A stretch of 64,000 nt of DNA from Bradyrhizobium sp. GTDB lineage: Bacteria > Pseudomonadota > Alphaproteobacteria > Rhizobiales > Xanthobacteraceae. Where the stretch lies: NCBI RefSeq assembly GCF_035570375.1, contig NZ_DATMLW010000198.1, positions 7,479-71,478 of the forward strand, read 5' to 3'. How positions within the stretch are numbered: position 1 is the stretch's first letter; each line of letters begins with the position of its first letter. Shown here piece after piece: positions 1-10,368 of the stretch. A model generated the notes under the pieces. It was not told where the DNA came from. It did not search any database and saw nothing but the letters and a program-made list of their open reading frames with translations. Made by a program: the position numbers and the translations under genes.

Positions 1-1583
1 CCGTTGCGCGCCAGATGGGTCGCGACTTCGGCGAGCCGGCGGATGTTCTCGCTGCGATCCTTTTCGGAGAATCCAAGATCGCCGTTTAGTCCGGCACGCA
101 GCGTGTCGCCGTCGAGCAGGATCGGCGAACCGCCCTTGCCGAACAGGCGCCGTTCCAGCGCCCGCGCGAGCGTCGATTTTCCGGAAGCGGGCAGGCCCGT
201 CAACCAGACCACCGCGCCGTTGTGGCGATAGCGCGCCGAGCGCTCGTCGGGACGGAGCGCCGATTCCACCGGCACGATGTCGACGGGGACCGCCCGTTGC
301 CCGGCATCGACCGAGAGCACCAGCCCGCCGCCGGCAATGCGGCCGTTGACCTCAATCACCAGCCGTCCGGTGCGCGGATTATCGGTGTAGGGATCGGCGG
401 CGATCGGCTGCGCCAGCGAAATGTCGATCTCGCCGACATGGTTGCGCGCGATCGAGGTGTTCTCGACGCTCGACAATTGGCCGGGATCAACCGCCTTCTC
501 GATCGCCACCACGGTAGCCCGGCCTTCGCGCGTGCCCAGCCTCGCCAGGATTTGCGCACCCTTGGTGAGCTCCTTGTCGTGCAGCCAGAAGATGCGCGCG
601 CGCAGCCGCCGCGTGTCGCGCGGGCTCGAGCCGACGTGGGAAATGACGTCGCCGCGTTCGAGGAACAGTTCGCGGTCGAGCGTGATGCCGACGGAGCGCC
701 CCGCCGTCTGGGCGCCCCTGACCGGTGTTGCCGGCCAGCCCTCCACGCTTTTGACACGCGCGATTTTTCCGGCGGGCATGATGACGATCTCGTCGCCTGC
801 GGACAGGCTGCCCGACTCGATGCGGCCGGCAATGATGCGCCGATCGTCGAATTTGTAGATCGCCTGCACCGGCAGCCGCAGTGCAAGCTGTTCCAGCGGC
901 CGCGCAGGCTCCAGCGCGTCGATCGCCTCGACGACCGTCGGGCCGTGGTACCAGCTGCTTCGTGGCGTGCGCTCTGCCACGCCGTCGCCGTCGCGGGCCG
1001 AAATCGGAATCACCGCCGAGGGCGCGACGCCAAGACCGGCAAGATGCGTGGTGATCTCATCGCGGATCTCGGAGAAACGCTCCGCGCTGAAGTCGACACG
1101 GTCCATCTTGTTGACCACCACCGCGACCTGCTTGACGCCGAGAAGATGCAGCAGATAACCGTGGCGGCGGGTCTGGTCGCGCACGCCTTCCAGCGCGTCG
1201 ATGATCAGGACGGCGCCGTCGGCCTGCGAAGCGCCGGTAATCATGTTGCGCAGGAATTCGGCGTGTCCGGGCGCATCGATCAGCACCACGTCGCGCGAGC
1301 CGGTGCGGAAGCGGATCTGCGTGGTGTCGATGGTGATGCCCTGGTCGCGCTCGGTTTGAAGCGCATCGAGCAGGAACGACCATTCGAACGGCATGCCGCG
1401 CCGCGCGCTGACGGCCTTGAGCATTTCAAGCTTGCCTTCCGGCAGGCTGCCGGTCTCGTGCAGGAGCCGGCCGACCAGAGTCGATTTGCCGTGATCGACG
1501 TGGCCGACGATGACGATGCGCAACTGTGGACGCGTGGTGCCGTTGGGGGTCGCCGCTAGCGGCGCCGGGACGATCATGTTCAT
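1..1583 (-). CDS. cysNC: Bifunctional sulfate adenylyltransferase subunit 1 / adenylyl-sulfate kinase (CysN/CysC fusion), runs off left edge
   Basis: Hand translation from ATG 1583: [22 protein letters not shown] (GTPase G1), [14 protein letters not shown]; near the window edge [22 protein letters not shown] (APS kinase P-loop). Absent from the ORF track because it has no stop in the window. Confidence 0.93.
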   Translation of the reverse strand, partial: MNMIVPAPLAATPNGTTRPQLRIVIVGHVDHGKSTLVGRLLHETGSLPEGKLEMLKAVSARRGMPFEWSFLLDALQTERDQGITIDTTQIRFRTGSRDVVLIDAPGHAEFLRNMITGASQADGAVLIIDALEGVRDQTRRHGYLLHLLGVKQVAVVVNKMDRVDFSAERFSEIRDEITTHLAGLGVAPSAVIPISARDGDGVAERTPRSSWYHGPTVVEAIDALEPARPLEQLALRLPVQAIYKFDDRRIIAGRIESGSLSAGDEIVIMPAGKIARVKSVEGWPATPVRGAQTAGRSVGITLDRELFLERGDVISHVGSSPRDTRRLRARIFWLHDKELTKGAQILARLGTREGRATVVAIEKAVDPGQLSSVENTSIARNHVGEIDISLAQPIAADPYTDNPRTGRLVIEVNGRIAGGGLVLSVDAGQRAVPVDIVPVESALRPDERSARYRHNGAVVWLTGLPASGKSTLARALERRLFGKGGSPILLDGDTLRAGLNGDLGFSEKDRSENIRRLAEVATHLARN

Positions 1584-1607
1584 GGCAGCGCTCACACCCG
1601 TTCTGCG

Positions 1608-2513
1608 TCAGAGATAACCGGCGACGCGCAGCCGCTCGAAAGCATCTTCGGTTTCGTGGTCGAGCGCACGGCCGGCGCGCTCCGGCACCCTGGTGCGTTC
1701 AAGCTCGAGAAGAATTTCCTCGATGCTCGATGCGTCGGAGACCACGGGGAAGGTGATGTCGGCATCGCCAAGCGAGCGGTAACGCTTGCCGTTATTGGCC
1801 AGATAAAGCGGAATGATCGGAATGTTTTCGCGCCTGGTGTAGGCCCAGATGTCGGCCTCGGTCCAATGCAGGATCGGGTGCACGCGCAGATGGGCGCCCG
1901 GCGGCGGCGAGGCGTTGAACTGATCCCAGAATTCCGGAGGCTGGTCGCGCACGTCCCATCCGCCTTCGGTGCCACGCGGCGAGAACACCCGCTCCTTGGC
2001 GCGGGTGGCCTCTTCGTCGCGGCGAATGCCGGCGATCAAGCCGTCGAAGCCATGTTTGGCGAGCGCAAGCTTCAATCCTTCGGTCTTGCGCGCAGCCGAC
2101 CGCGCGGCCGGCGGCAAGGTCGGATCGACGCTCTCGATCGGCGGGCAGGGCTCGATCTTGAGATCGAGCTCCCATTCCTTGCCGTATTGATCGCGAAACG
2201 CATACATCTCCGGAAATTTCTTGCCGGTGTCGACGTGCAAGGCCGGGAACGGTACGCGGCCGAAGAAGGCCTTGCGCGCCAGCCAGATCATCACGTTGGA
2301 ATCCTTGCCCAGCGACCACAACAGCGCGAGCTTCTTCAGCCGCGCGAAGGCTTCGCGAAAAATGTAGATGCTCTGCGCCTCAAGCGCGTCGAGGTGATCC
2401 ATCGAGGGCGCGCGTCCGCGCGCCTGCGTTGAACTTTGCGTGACCAGGGATGGTTCGAGCGGAAAGGCGCGGTCCAGCCGGTCGGCTGCGTGATTATGGT
2501 CGAGAAGATGCAT
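1608..2513 (-). CDS. cysD: Sulfate adenylyltransferase subunit 2
   Basis: LEAQSIYIFRE, WSLGKDS, HVDTGKKF, GIRRDEE..RAKERVFS, YRSLG motifs. Conserved core starts at ATG 2402, so the true start is uncertain. Confidence 0.93.
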   Translation of the reverse strand: MHLLDHNHAADRLDRAFPLEPSLVTQSSTQARGRAPSMDHLDALEAQSIYIFREAFARLKKLALLWSLGKDSNVMIWLARKAFFGRVPFPALHVDTGKKFPEMYAFRDQYGKEWELDLKIEPCPPIESVDPTLPPAARSAARKTEGLKLALAKHGFDGLIAGIRRDEEATRAKERVFSPRGTEGGWDVRDQPPEFWDQFNASPPPGAHLRVHPILHWTEADIWAYTRRENIPIIPLYLANNGKRYRSLGDADITFPVVSDASSIEEILLELERTRVPERAGRALDHETEDAFERLRVAGYL

Positions 2514-2540
2514 CTACCGGCCCTTGGCCCTGGGAGTTGA

Positions 2541-2622
2541 AAATTCTATAGTTGCACTGCAATAGAGAAGAAATAATTTTCTATTTGCAGGGCTTGAACG
2601 AGACTTAAATAGAAAATAATTT
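2541..2622. promoter_or_regulatory. AT-rich divergent promoter region of cysD / cysG with inverted repeats
   Basis: Perfect 11-bp inverted repeat ATTTTCTATTT (2576-2586) / AAATAGAAAAT (2607-2617), plus TCTAT..ATAGA at 2545-2566, in an otherwise GC-rich background. Confidence 0.5.
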
Positions 2623-2657
2623 CCGTCAACCCCGTACATTGGGGAAGCGAGTGTCGC

Positions 2658-4094
2658 ATGCGATTCCTGCCGGTATTTCTTGATCTGCAAGGCGGCTTGG
2701 TGCTGCTCGTCGGTTCCGGCGATCCGGCGCGTGCGAAATTGCGACTGTTGATTTCGGCCGGAGCGCGGGTTCGCTGGTACGCGACTGACGGCCATCACGA
2801 TGTCAATGGCATCGCCGCGCCGGATGCGGCACGCATCGAGCCTGCCACGGGCGATCCGTTGATCGCCGATCTCTCGGGAGTCGTCGCGGTGGTTTGTGCG
2901 GGCGCCGGCGAAATCGGTCCGGCGATGTCGGCGCGCGCAAGAACGCTCGGGCTTCCCGTGAATGTCATGGACGACCTTGCGCATTCGACCTTCATTTTTC
3001 CCGCCATCGTCGATCGCGGCGATGTGGTGGTCGCCGTTGGGACCGGTGGCGCTTCGCCGGTCGTGGCGCGCCGTGTACGCGAGCGCATCGAGGCGGTGCT
3101 GCCCGCGCGCATCGGCGAGCTTGCGCGTTTCATCGGCCGCTGGCGCAAGGCCATCCATGCGCTCGTTCCCGAATTCGCCCTGCGCCGCCGCTTCTGGGAG
3201 CGCGTCATCGATGGCGGAATCGGCGAACTGGTTCTTGCCGGGCGCGGTGAAGAAGCCGAAGCGACGCTCAAGAAAATCCGCGATCCCTCCGGCTTTGCCG
3301 GTGCGCTGCCATCGGGTCGCGCCGAGGGCAGCGTATCGCTGATCGGCGCCGGCCCGGGGGATCCGGACCTGCTCACGGTCAAGGCGCTACGGGCATTGCA
3401 GGACGCCGATGTGATTTTCCACGACGAACTGGTGGCGGGAGAAATTCTCGATCGCGCGCGGCGCGATGCGACGCGCGTGCCGGTCGGCCGTCGTGTCGGC
3501 AAGCCGGGCATCGGGCAGAAGGCGATCAACCAGCTGTTGATCGAAGCTGCAAAATCAGGGCAGCGCGCGGTGCGGCTCAAGGGCGGCGATCCCTTTGTCT
3601 TCGGCCGCGGCGGCGAGGAAATCGAAGCGCTTCGGCAGGCAAATGTCGCCTTTTCCGTCATTCCCGGCATAACCGCGGGCCTCGGGGCTGCCGCGCAATT
3701 CGAGGTGCCGCTGACGTTCCGCAACGAGGCGCTGCGCATCACCTTCCTCACCGCGCACAAGGCGAGGGACGCGCAAGCCGTCGACTGGTCGACCCTGACC
3801 GACACCAAGATGACGATCGTCGTCTACATGGGCATGACCGCGGCGCCCTCGGTGCGAGCCGGTCTTGTTGCTGCCGGACGCTCGCCGCAAACCCCCGTCG
3901 GCGTATTCGCCCGCGTCACCCGCACTGACGCGCAGGCCGTCGTCGGCACGCTTGATCGGTTGCCCGATCTCGTCGCTGGCATCGACGGCGGTCCCGCCAT
4001 CCTCATCATCGGCGACGTGGTCGCGCACTCGGCGCCCGCGCGCCATCTGGAACTCACCCAACTCGCCTCCTACTTTCAGGTCGCCGCCGAATGA
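2658..4094 (+). CDS. cysG: Siroheme synthase
   Basis: MRFLPVFLDL N-terminal dehydrogenase/ferrochelatase part, GAGPGDPDLLT, RLKGGDPFVFGRGGEE, PGITA methyltransferase motifs. Confidence 0.95.
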   Translation: MRFLPVFLDLQGGLVLLVGSGDPARAKLRLLISAGARVRWYATDGHHDVNGIAAPDAARIEPATGDPLIADLSGVVAVVCAGAGEIGPAMSARARTLGLPVNVMDDLAHSTFIFPAIVDRGDVVVAVGTGGASPVVARRVRERIEAVLPARIGELARFIGRWRKAIHALVPEFALRRRFWERVIDGGIGELVLAGRGEEAEATLKKIRDPSGFAGALPSGRAEGSVSLIGAGPGDPDLLTVKALRALQDADVIFHDELVAGEILDRARRDATRVPVGRRVGKPGIGQKAINQLLIEAAKSGQRAVRLKGGDPFVFGRGGEEIEALRQANVAFSVIPGITAGLGAAAQFEVPLTFRNEALRITFLTAHKARDAQAVDWSTLTDTKMTIVVYMGMTAAPSVRAGLVAAGRSPQTPVGVFARVTRTDAQAVVGTLDRLPDLVAGIDGGPAILIIGDVVAHSAPARHLELTQLASYFQVAAE

Positions 4095-4405
4095 CATCTC
4101 CGCTCGAACAAAAAATCAGGATCACCGGTCCATCCATCGTCACCGCGAACCGCACCTTCGACGGCGCGGTGATCTATCGCAACGCTTCACAGGGCTGGTC
4201 GACCGAGTTGGCGGAGGCCGCGATCGTGCGCACCGTCGCCGAGGCGCGCGCGCTTCTGGCCGAATCGGTTGCCGACGATATCGGCGCGGTCGGCGCCTAC
4301 ATCGCACCGGTCGATATCAACGATGGCGGCGCGATCAAGCCCGGGAATCTCCGCGAACTGATCCGGCTCCGCGGCGTCACCATTGAACTTCCCGTTCCCG
4401 CGTAA
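4091..4405 (+). CDS. DUF2849-family protein
   Basis: IVTANRTFDGAVIY..VGAY..LRELIRLRG; ATGA overlap with cysG; usual position before sulfite reductase. Confidence 0.85.
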   Translation: MTSPLEQKIRITGPSIVTANRTFDGAVIYRNASQGWSTELAEAAIVRTVAEARALLAESVADDIGAVGAYIAPVDINDGGAIKPGNLRELIRLRGVTIELPVPA

Positions 4406-4418
4406 GGCCGCCTTTATC

Positions 4419-6074
4419 ATGTACGCATATGACGAGCTCGACCGCACCCTCATCAACGAACGCGTTGAGGAGTTTCGCGATCAGGTGAAGCGGCGCCTCT
4501 CCGGCGAGCTCACCGAAGACGAATTCAAGATGCTGCGGCTGCAGAACGGCGTCTATCTGCAGCTGCACGCCTACATGTTCCGCGTCGCGATCCCCTACGG
4601 CACGCTGTCCTCGCAGCAATTGCGGCGGCTGGCGCATGTGGCGCGGCGCTACGACCGCGGCTACGGGCATTTCACCACCCGCCAGAATATCCAGTTCAAC
4701 TGGATCAAGCTGGCCGAATTGCCGGATGCGCTGGCCGATCTCGCCGAGGTCGGCATCCACGCCATGCAGACGTCGGGCAACAACACGCGCAACGTCACCT
4801 CCGATCAGTGGGCGGGCGTTGCGCCCGGCGAGATCGAGGACCCGCGCATCTGGTCGGAGCTGCTGCGGCAATACACGACGCTGCACCCGGAATTCTCGTT
4901 CCTGCCGCGCAAGTTCAAATTTGCGATCACCGCTTCCGCGCATGACCGCGCCGCGATCAAGATTCACGATATCGGCCTGCGCTTGCACAAGAATGCGCAA
5001 GGCGAGACCGGTTTCGAAGTGCTGGTCGGCGGCGGCCTTGGCCGCACGCCCTTCATCGCCAAGACCATCAAGCCGTTCGTGCACGGCCGCGATCTGTTGA
5101 GCTACGTCGAGGCGATTCTGCGCGTCTACAACCAGTACGGCCGTCGCGACAACATCTACAAGGCGCGGATCAAGATCCTGGTGCATGAGCTCGGCATCGA
5201 GAAATTCGCGGCCGAGGTGGAGGAGGAATGGCGGGCGATGGGCGACAGCGCGCTGACGCTGGATGATGCCGTGATCGAGGAAGTGCGGTCGCGCTTTTCC
5301 TATCCGATCTACGAAAAGCTGCCGCATATGCCCGAAGAGCTGAAGAAGGCGGCGCACGATGGCGTCTTCGAGCGGTGGCGGCGGAATTCGGTGTTCACGC
5401 ACAAGGTCCAGGGCTACGCCATCGTCACCCTGTCGCTAAAGCCCGTCGGAGGGCCGCCGGGCGATGCGACGGCTGACCAGATGGACGCGGTTGCGGACCT
5501 CGCTGACAAATATTCCTTCGGTGAAATCCGCGTCGGACATGAGCAGAATCTCGCGCTGCCTCACGTCGCCAAGCGCGACCTGCCGGCGTTGTTCAAGGCA
5601 CTCGACAGAATCGGGCTGGCGACACCGAACGTCAACCTGATCTCCGACATCATTGCCTGTCCCGGACTGGATTACTGCTCGCTTGCGAACGCGCGCTCGA
5701 TTCCGATCGCGCAGGAATTGACCCGGCGATTTGCCAGTCCGGAGACCGCCGAGCTGATCGGCCGCCTGCACATCAATATTTCCGGCTGCATCAATGCCTG
5801 CGGCCATCACCATGTCGGCCATATCGGCATTCTCGGCGTCGAGAAGAACGGCGAGGAATTTTACCAGATCACGATCGGCGGCCGTGCGGACGAAAATGCC
5901 GAGCTCGGCGTTCTGATCGGGCCCGCCGTGCCGTTCGGCGAAGTCGCCGACGTGATTGAGGACATTGTTGAAGCCTATCTGGCGCTGCGCGAACGCCCCG
6001 ACGAGCTTTTCGTCGATACGGTGAAGCGGCTCGGCGTCGAACCATTCAGGGAGCGGGTCTATGCCACTCGTTAA
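4419..6074 (+). CDS. cysI: Nitrite/sulfite reductase hemoprotein
   Basis: LRLQNGVYLQLHAYM, HFTTRQN, LPRKFK, ACPGLDYC..SGCINACGH siroheme/4Fe-4S motifs; ATG at 4419. Confidence 0.93.
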   Translation: MYAYDELDRTLINERVEEFRDQVKRRLSGELTEDEFKMLRLQNGVYLQLHAYMFRVAIPYGTLSSQQLRRLAHVARRYDRGYGHFTTRQNIQFNWIKLAELPDALADLAEVGIHAMQTSGNNTRNVTSDQWAGVAPGEIEDPRIWSELLRQYTTLHPEFSFLPRKFKFAITASAHDRAAIKIHDIGLRLHKNAQGETGFEVLVGGGLGRTPFIAKTIKPFVHGRDLLSYVEAILRVYNQYGRRDNIYKARIKILVHELGIEKFAAEVEEEWRAMGDSALTLDDAVIEEVRSRFSYPIYEKLPHMPEELKKAAHDGVFERWRRNSVFTHKVQGYAIVTLSLKPVGGPPGDATADQMDAVADLADKYSFGEIRVGHEQNLALPHVAKRDLPALFKALDRIGLATPNVNLISDIIACPGLDYCSLANARSIPIAQELTRRFASPETAELIGRLHINISGCINACGHHHVGHIGILGVEKNGEEFYQITIGGRADENAELGVLIGPAVPFGEVADVIEDIVEAYLALRERPDELFVDTVKRLGVEPFRERVYATR

Positions 6075-6579
6075 GAACGGAAAGATCGCGACCGACATCT
6101 TCGTCCACGTTCCGGACGGCGCCGAACTGCCGGGCGACGGCGCCATTCTGGTTTCGGCGGCGCGGTTTCTCGAGGATCGGGAAGCGCTGCTGCGGCGCCC
6201 GGGCAACTTGGGCGTGATCTGGCCGAACAATCGCGACGTCGACGATCTCGTGCCATGGCTCGACCGGCTCGCCGCAGTCGCGCTGGTGTTCCCGACATTC
6301 CGCGACGGGCGCGCCTATAGCCAGGCACGGCTGTTGCGCGAGCGTCACGGCTACGAGGGCGAATTGCGCGCCACGGGCCAGGTGTTGCGCGACCAGTTCG
6401 TGTTCATGCTGCGCGCCGGATTCGACACGCTTGAAGCGAAGAAGCAGAGCGATGTCGAGGCCTTTGCGGTGACCGCCAAGCGTTATTCGGTATTCTATCA
6501 GCCGACCGGCGACGGGCGCCTCACCGCGCTTAACCGGCGGCTGCAGCAGCGCCACTCGGAGAGCGCCGCCAGTGAGTGA
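6061..6579 (+). CDS. DUF934-family protein
   Basis: FPTFRDGRAYSQARLLRER..GELRATGQVLRDQ..GFD signature; overlaps cysI. Confidence 0.9.
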   Translation: MPLVKNGKIATDIFVHVPDGAELPGDGAILVSAARFLEDREALLRRPGNLGVIWPNNRDVDDLVPWLDRLAAVALVFPTFRDGRAYSQARLLRERHGYEGELRATGQVLRDQFVFMLRAGFDTLEAKKQSDVEAFAVTAKRYSVFYQPTGDGRLTALNRRLQQRHSESAASE

Positions 6580-7309
6580 AGTCGTGCAGCCTCTTCTCGC
6601 GGAACGAAGCGCAGGCGGGCTTTTGCCGCCGGCGGCCGAGTTCGATCAGATTCTTCGAAACGCCACGCCGGCCGAGGTGATCGAAGCAGCGCTGGGCGTC
6701 GCCGGCCGCGAACATCTCGCGCTGGTCTCCTCCTTCGGCACGGAATCGGCGGCGCTGCTCAAGGTCATGGCCGACGTCGATCCGGCGATCCCCGTGATCT
6801 TTCTCGACACCGGATGGCTGTTTGAGGAAACGCTGGCCTATCGCGACACGCTGGTCGCAACGCTCGGCCTGCGCGATGTCCGCTCGATCAAGCCGGACCA
6901 GGAGGTTTTGCGGCGCGAGGATCAAAATCGCGAATTGTGGTTCTCCGATCCCGATGCGTGCTGTCGTATCCGGAAAGTCGAGCCGCTGCAACGCGCGCTT
7001 GGGCCTTTCAAGGCCTGGATCAACGGGCGCAAGCGCTTCCAGGGCGGCCTCCGCGCCGCCATTCCGGTGGTCGAGGACGATGGTATCCGGCTCAAATTCA
7101 ATCCGTTCGCCAACGTCGCGCGCGAAGAGATCCAGGCGATCTACACGCTGGCCAAGCTGCCGCCGCACCCGCTTGCGGCGTCCGGCTTCCTCTCGGTCGG
7201 GTGCATGCCGTGCACGACGCGGACCTCGCCGGATGAGAACGCGCGCGCCGGCCGCTGGCGCGGCCGCGCCAAAACGGAATGCGGGATTCACACGGTGAAG
7301 ATGGCGTAA
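6572..7309 (+). CDS. cysH: APS/PAPS reductase
   Basis: SSFG, FLDTG, CCRIRKVEPL, SVGCMPCT, RAGRW..KTECGIH. Confidence 0.93.
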   Translation: MSEVVQPLLAERSAGGLLPPAAEFDQILRNATPAEVIEAALGVAGREHLALVSSFGTESAALLKVMADVDPAIPVIFLDTGWLFEETLAYRDTLVATLGLRDVRSIKPDQEVLRREDQNRELWFSDPDACCRIRKVEPLQRALGPFKAWINGRKRFQGGLRAAIPVVEDDGIRLKFNPFANVAREEIQAIYTLAKLPPHPLAASGFLSVGCMPCTTRTSPDENARAGRWRGRAKTECGIHTVKMA

Positions 7310-7633
7310 GCCAGGTGTGCCTGACGGGTTGCGCCCGTCATGTTTCGGAGATTGCGTCGGCACCAGAGCCGGAATCTTCCGATTCTCTGATGTGCAAGCG
7401 CACTTCACAGGACGCTTGCGAAGGACCCGCGCGCCCCGAAATGACGACAGAAATTTGGCGGTTCGTTCACCATTCAGCCACGGTTGGCATGCAACAAGCA
7501 CCATTCGCGGGTGCACCTCTGGGCAATAACGGCTTGTCCATTCGGAATCGCTCTCTAAACCATTGAATGAGTGTGTGATCTTTTCGCCAAGCCGCCTGGC
7601 ATCCTGGCGGATCAGTTGTGGGGGACAATTGAA

Positions 7634-8176
7634 ATGATGCGCGGCCTGGTCGCGATACTCGGACTGCTGGCGCTTGGCGGCTGCGCGGCCGATGCCCCGA
7701 TCGAGCAACCCAGCATGTATTTCAACATGGCGGAGGGCGCCAGGCTCGATTCCGAGGCCGCGGCAACGATGATTTCGCTCTATCGCAAGAACAATGGCCT
7801 TGGCGCCGTGGTGATCGATCCCGAATTGATGAAGGTTGCGGAAGGACAGTCGCAAGCGATGGCGAAGCGCAACAAGCTCGACCACGACGTGAAGGCGCCA
7901 CTGCCGAAGCGGCTGCAGGCAGCCGGTTACCCTGCAACGACGGCGGTGGAAAACGTATCCGCCGGCTACCACACTTTGGCCGAAGCCTTTTCCGGATGGC
8001 GCGATTCGCCACCGCACCGCGCCAACATGCTGCAGGGTGATGTCACAAAAATGGGCATCGCGGCCAGCTACGCTCCCAACACCAAATACAAGGTTTTCTG
8101 GACCCTCATTCTTGCCTCGACCGAGGCTCGCGATACGCCCGGCGTGAGGATCCCATCCGCTCTCCTCGCCAATTGA
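7634..8176 (+). CDS. CAP/SCP-domain lipoprotein
   Basis: Lipobox LGGC; ENVSAG..WRDSPPHRANML CAP motif. Confidence 0.88.
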   Translation: MMRGLVAILGLLALGGCAADAPIEQPSMYFNMAEGARLDSEAAATMISLYRKNNGLGAVVIDPELMKVAEGQSQAMAKRNKLDHDVKAPLPKRLQAAGYPATTAVENVSAGYHTLAEAFSGWRDSPPHRANMLQGDVTKMGIAASYAPNTKYKVFWTLILASTEARDTPGVRIPSALLAN

Positions 8177-8228
8177 CGTCATCGCTCACAGGCGTCACGC
8201 TGCATTCCTATAATTTCGATGTGGAGGC

Positions 8229-9398
8229 ATGATGAATCCGGCCGATCAACCGTCAGCAAGCACGCCCGCGAAGGCGCAGCGCGTGCTTGTCCTGCAAGGT
8301 GGCGGCGCGCTCGGTTCCTATCAGGCGGGCGCCTATCAGGCGCTTTGCCATTGTGATTTCCAGCCGGACTGGATCGCCGGCATCTCGATCGGCGCCATCA
8401 ACGCCGCGATCATCGCCGGCAACGAGCCGGCAAAGCGCGTCGACAGGCTGAAGGAATTCTGGTCGACCGTCTCCGCTCCGATGCCGTGGGTTCCGATTCC
8501 GCGCGGCGACCGTGAGCGCTCGGTGTTCAACGAGACCAGCGCCGCAATGATCGCCACTTTCGGCGTGCCGGGCTTTTTTTCGCCGCGGGTGCCGCCGGCC
8601 CCGCTGTGGCCAAAGGGAAGCCCGCAATCCCAGAGTTATTACGACACCACGCCGTTGCGGAAAACGCTGGAGCTTCTGGTCGATTTCGATCGCATCAACG
8701 ATCTGCAGTGCCGGCTCAGCGTCGGCGCGGTGGGCGTGACCTCCGGCAATTTCCGGTTTTTCGACAATTTAGAGTTCAACCGGCTCGGCAAGCGCATCGG
8801 TCCCGAGCACATCATGGCGTCCGGCGCGCTGCCGCCGGGCTTCCCCTCGATCGTCATCGACGGCGAGCATTATTGGGATGGCGGCGTGGCCTCCAACACG
8901 CCGCTCGACTATGTGCTGGACGCCGAAACCGAAAACGACCTCCTGATCTTCCAGGTCGATCTCTTCAGCGCCCGCGGACCTCTGCCGGAGACTTTGCTGG
9001 AGGCGGCCGAGCGCGAGAAGGACATCCGCTTCTCAAGCCGCACGCGCATGACCACCGACAAGAACCGGCAGCTCCACAACGCCCGCAAGGCGATTCGCGA
9101 TCTGATCGGCAGGCTGCCGGAGGATCTGAAAAACCACTCTTCGGTGAACCTGCTGCGCGAAGCCGCCAAGGAGAACACCGTCACGGTGGTGCACCTTATC
9201 TACAAGAGCAAGAATTACGAGACGTCCTCCAAGGACTATGATTTCTCCCATGTCGCCATGGTCGAACATTGGGAAGCCGGTGTGCGCGACGTCCATCTGT
9301 CGATGCGTCACAAGGACTGGTTGCAACGACCGCAATCCGACGAAACCATGGTGACCTACGATCTCTCGGATGAAGAAAGCCCCGTCAAAAAGGAGTGA
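8229..9398 (+). CDS. Patatin-like phospholipase/esterase with DUF3734-type C-terminus
   Basis: LVLQGGGALG, GISIG (GxSxG), YWDGG; SD GGAGG upstream. Confidence 0.9.
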   Translation: MMNPADQPSASTPAKAQRVLVLQGGGALGSYQAGAYQALCHCDFQPDWIAGISIGAINAAIIAGNEPAKRVDRLKEFWSTVSAPMPWVPIPRGDRERSVFNETSAAMIATFGVPGFFSPRVPPAPLWPKGSPQSQSYYDTTPLRKTLELLVDFDRINDLQCRLSVGAVGVTSGNFRFFDNLEFNRLGKRIGPEHIMASGALPPGFPSIVIDGEHYWDGGVASNTPLDYVLDAETENDLLIFQVDLFSARGPLPETLLEAAEREKDIRFSSRTRMTTDKNRQLHNARKAIRDLIGRLPEDLKNHSSVNLLREAAKENTVTVVHLIYKSKNYETSSKDYDFSHVAMVEHWEAGVRDVHLSMRHKDWLQRPQSDETMVTYDLSDEESPVKKE

Positions 9399-9403
9399 AA
9401 AAA

Positions 9404-10192
9404 ATGGCTAACCTGTCAGGCAAGACCGCGGTAGTGACCGGTTCGACCAGCGGCATCGGGCTCGCCTTTGCCCGAGCCTTCGCCAGCGCCGGCGCCAATA
9501 TCGTGCTCAACGGTTTCGGCACGCCGGCGGATATCGAGCGGGAGCGCTCGGGAATCGAGCGCGACTTCAAGGTCAAGGCGGTCCATTCGCCGGCCGACAT
9601 GACCAAGCCTGCCGAGATCGCCGGCATGATCGCACTCGGCGAAAAGACCTTCGGTTCGGTGGATGTGCTCGTCAACAATGCCGGCATCCAGTTCGTCTCG
9701 CCGATCGAGGAATTTCCGATCGAAAAATGGGACGCGATCATTGCGATCAACCTGTCGGCGGCGTTCCACGCCATCCGCGCCGTCGTGCCAGGCATGAAGA
9801 AGCGCGGCTGGGGCCGCATCATCAACACGGCGTCGGCGCACTCGCTGGTGGCCTCGCCGTTCAAGTCGGCCTACGTGTCGGCCAAGCATGGCATCGCCGG
9901 CCTCACCAAGACGGTGGCGCTGGAGCTTGCGACCTACAAGGTCACCTGCAACTGCATCAGCCCCGGCTATGTCTGGACGCCGCTGGTCGAGAAGCAGATC
10001 CCCGACACCATGAAGGCGCGCAACATGACCAAGGAGCAGGTGATCCACGACGTGCTCCTGGAGGCGCAGCCGACCAAGGAGTTCGTCACCTCCGAGCAGG
10101 TTGCAGCGCTGGCGCTGTTTCTGTGCGGCGACGACGCGGCGCAGATCACCGGTACAAATCTGTCGATCGACGGCGGCTGGACCGCGGAGTGA
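9404..10192 (+). CDS. bdhA: 3-hydroxybutyrate dehydrogenase
   Basis: TGSTSGIG, NNAGIQ, KSAYVSAKHG, PGYVWTPLV, DGGWTA. Confidence 0.92.
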   Translation: MANLSGKTAVVTGSTSGIGLAFARAFASAGANIVLNGFGTPADIERERSGIERDFKVKAVHSPADMTKPAEIAGMIALGEKTFGSVDVLVNNAGIQFVSPIEEFPIEKWDAIIAINLSAAFHAIRAVVPGMKKRGWGRIINTASAHSLVASPFKSAYVSAKHGIAGLTKTVALELATYKVTCNCISPGYVWTPLVEKQIPDTMKARNMTKEQVIHDVLLEAQPTKEFVTSEQVAALALFLCGDDAAQITGTNLSIDGGWTAE

Positions 10193-10236
10193 TCGAACCA
10201 CGCGGCCGTAAGCGTCACTGCCGGGATTGGATCCAT

Positions 10237-10317
10237 GTCATTGCGAGGAGCGTGAGCTCCGAAGCAATCCAGTCCGCTTTGACCGCTCACTGGATCGCCT
10301 CGCTTCGCTCGCGATGA
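10237..10317. repeat. REP-like palindromic element (GTCATTGCGAG...CTCGCGATGA family)
   Basis: Terminal inverted repeats; related half-copy at ~29559-29595; between convergent genes. Confidence 0.75.
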
Positions 10318-10368
10318 GAGCCGCGGGCTCGTGCGCGGCGGCCGCGCGCACTACTGCAGATTCGAGCC

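Noticed and set aside
222-1559. 445-aa plus-strand ORF
   Set aside because: Antisense shadow of cysNC, typical of high-GC DNA; no motifs
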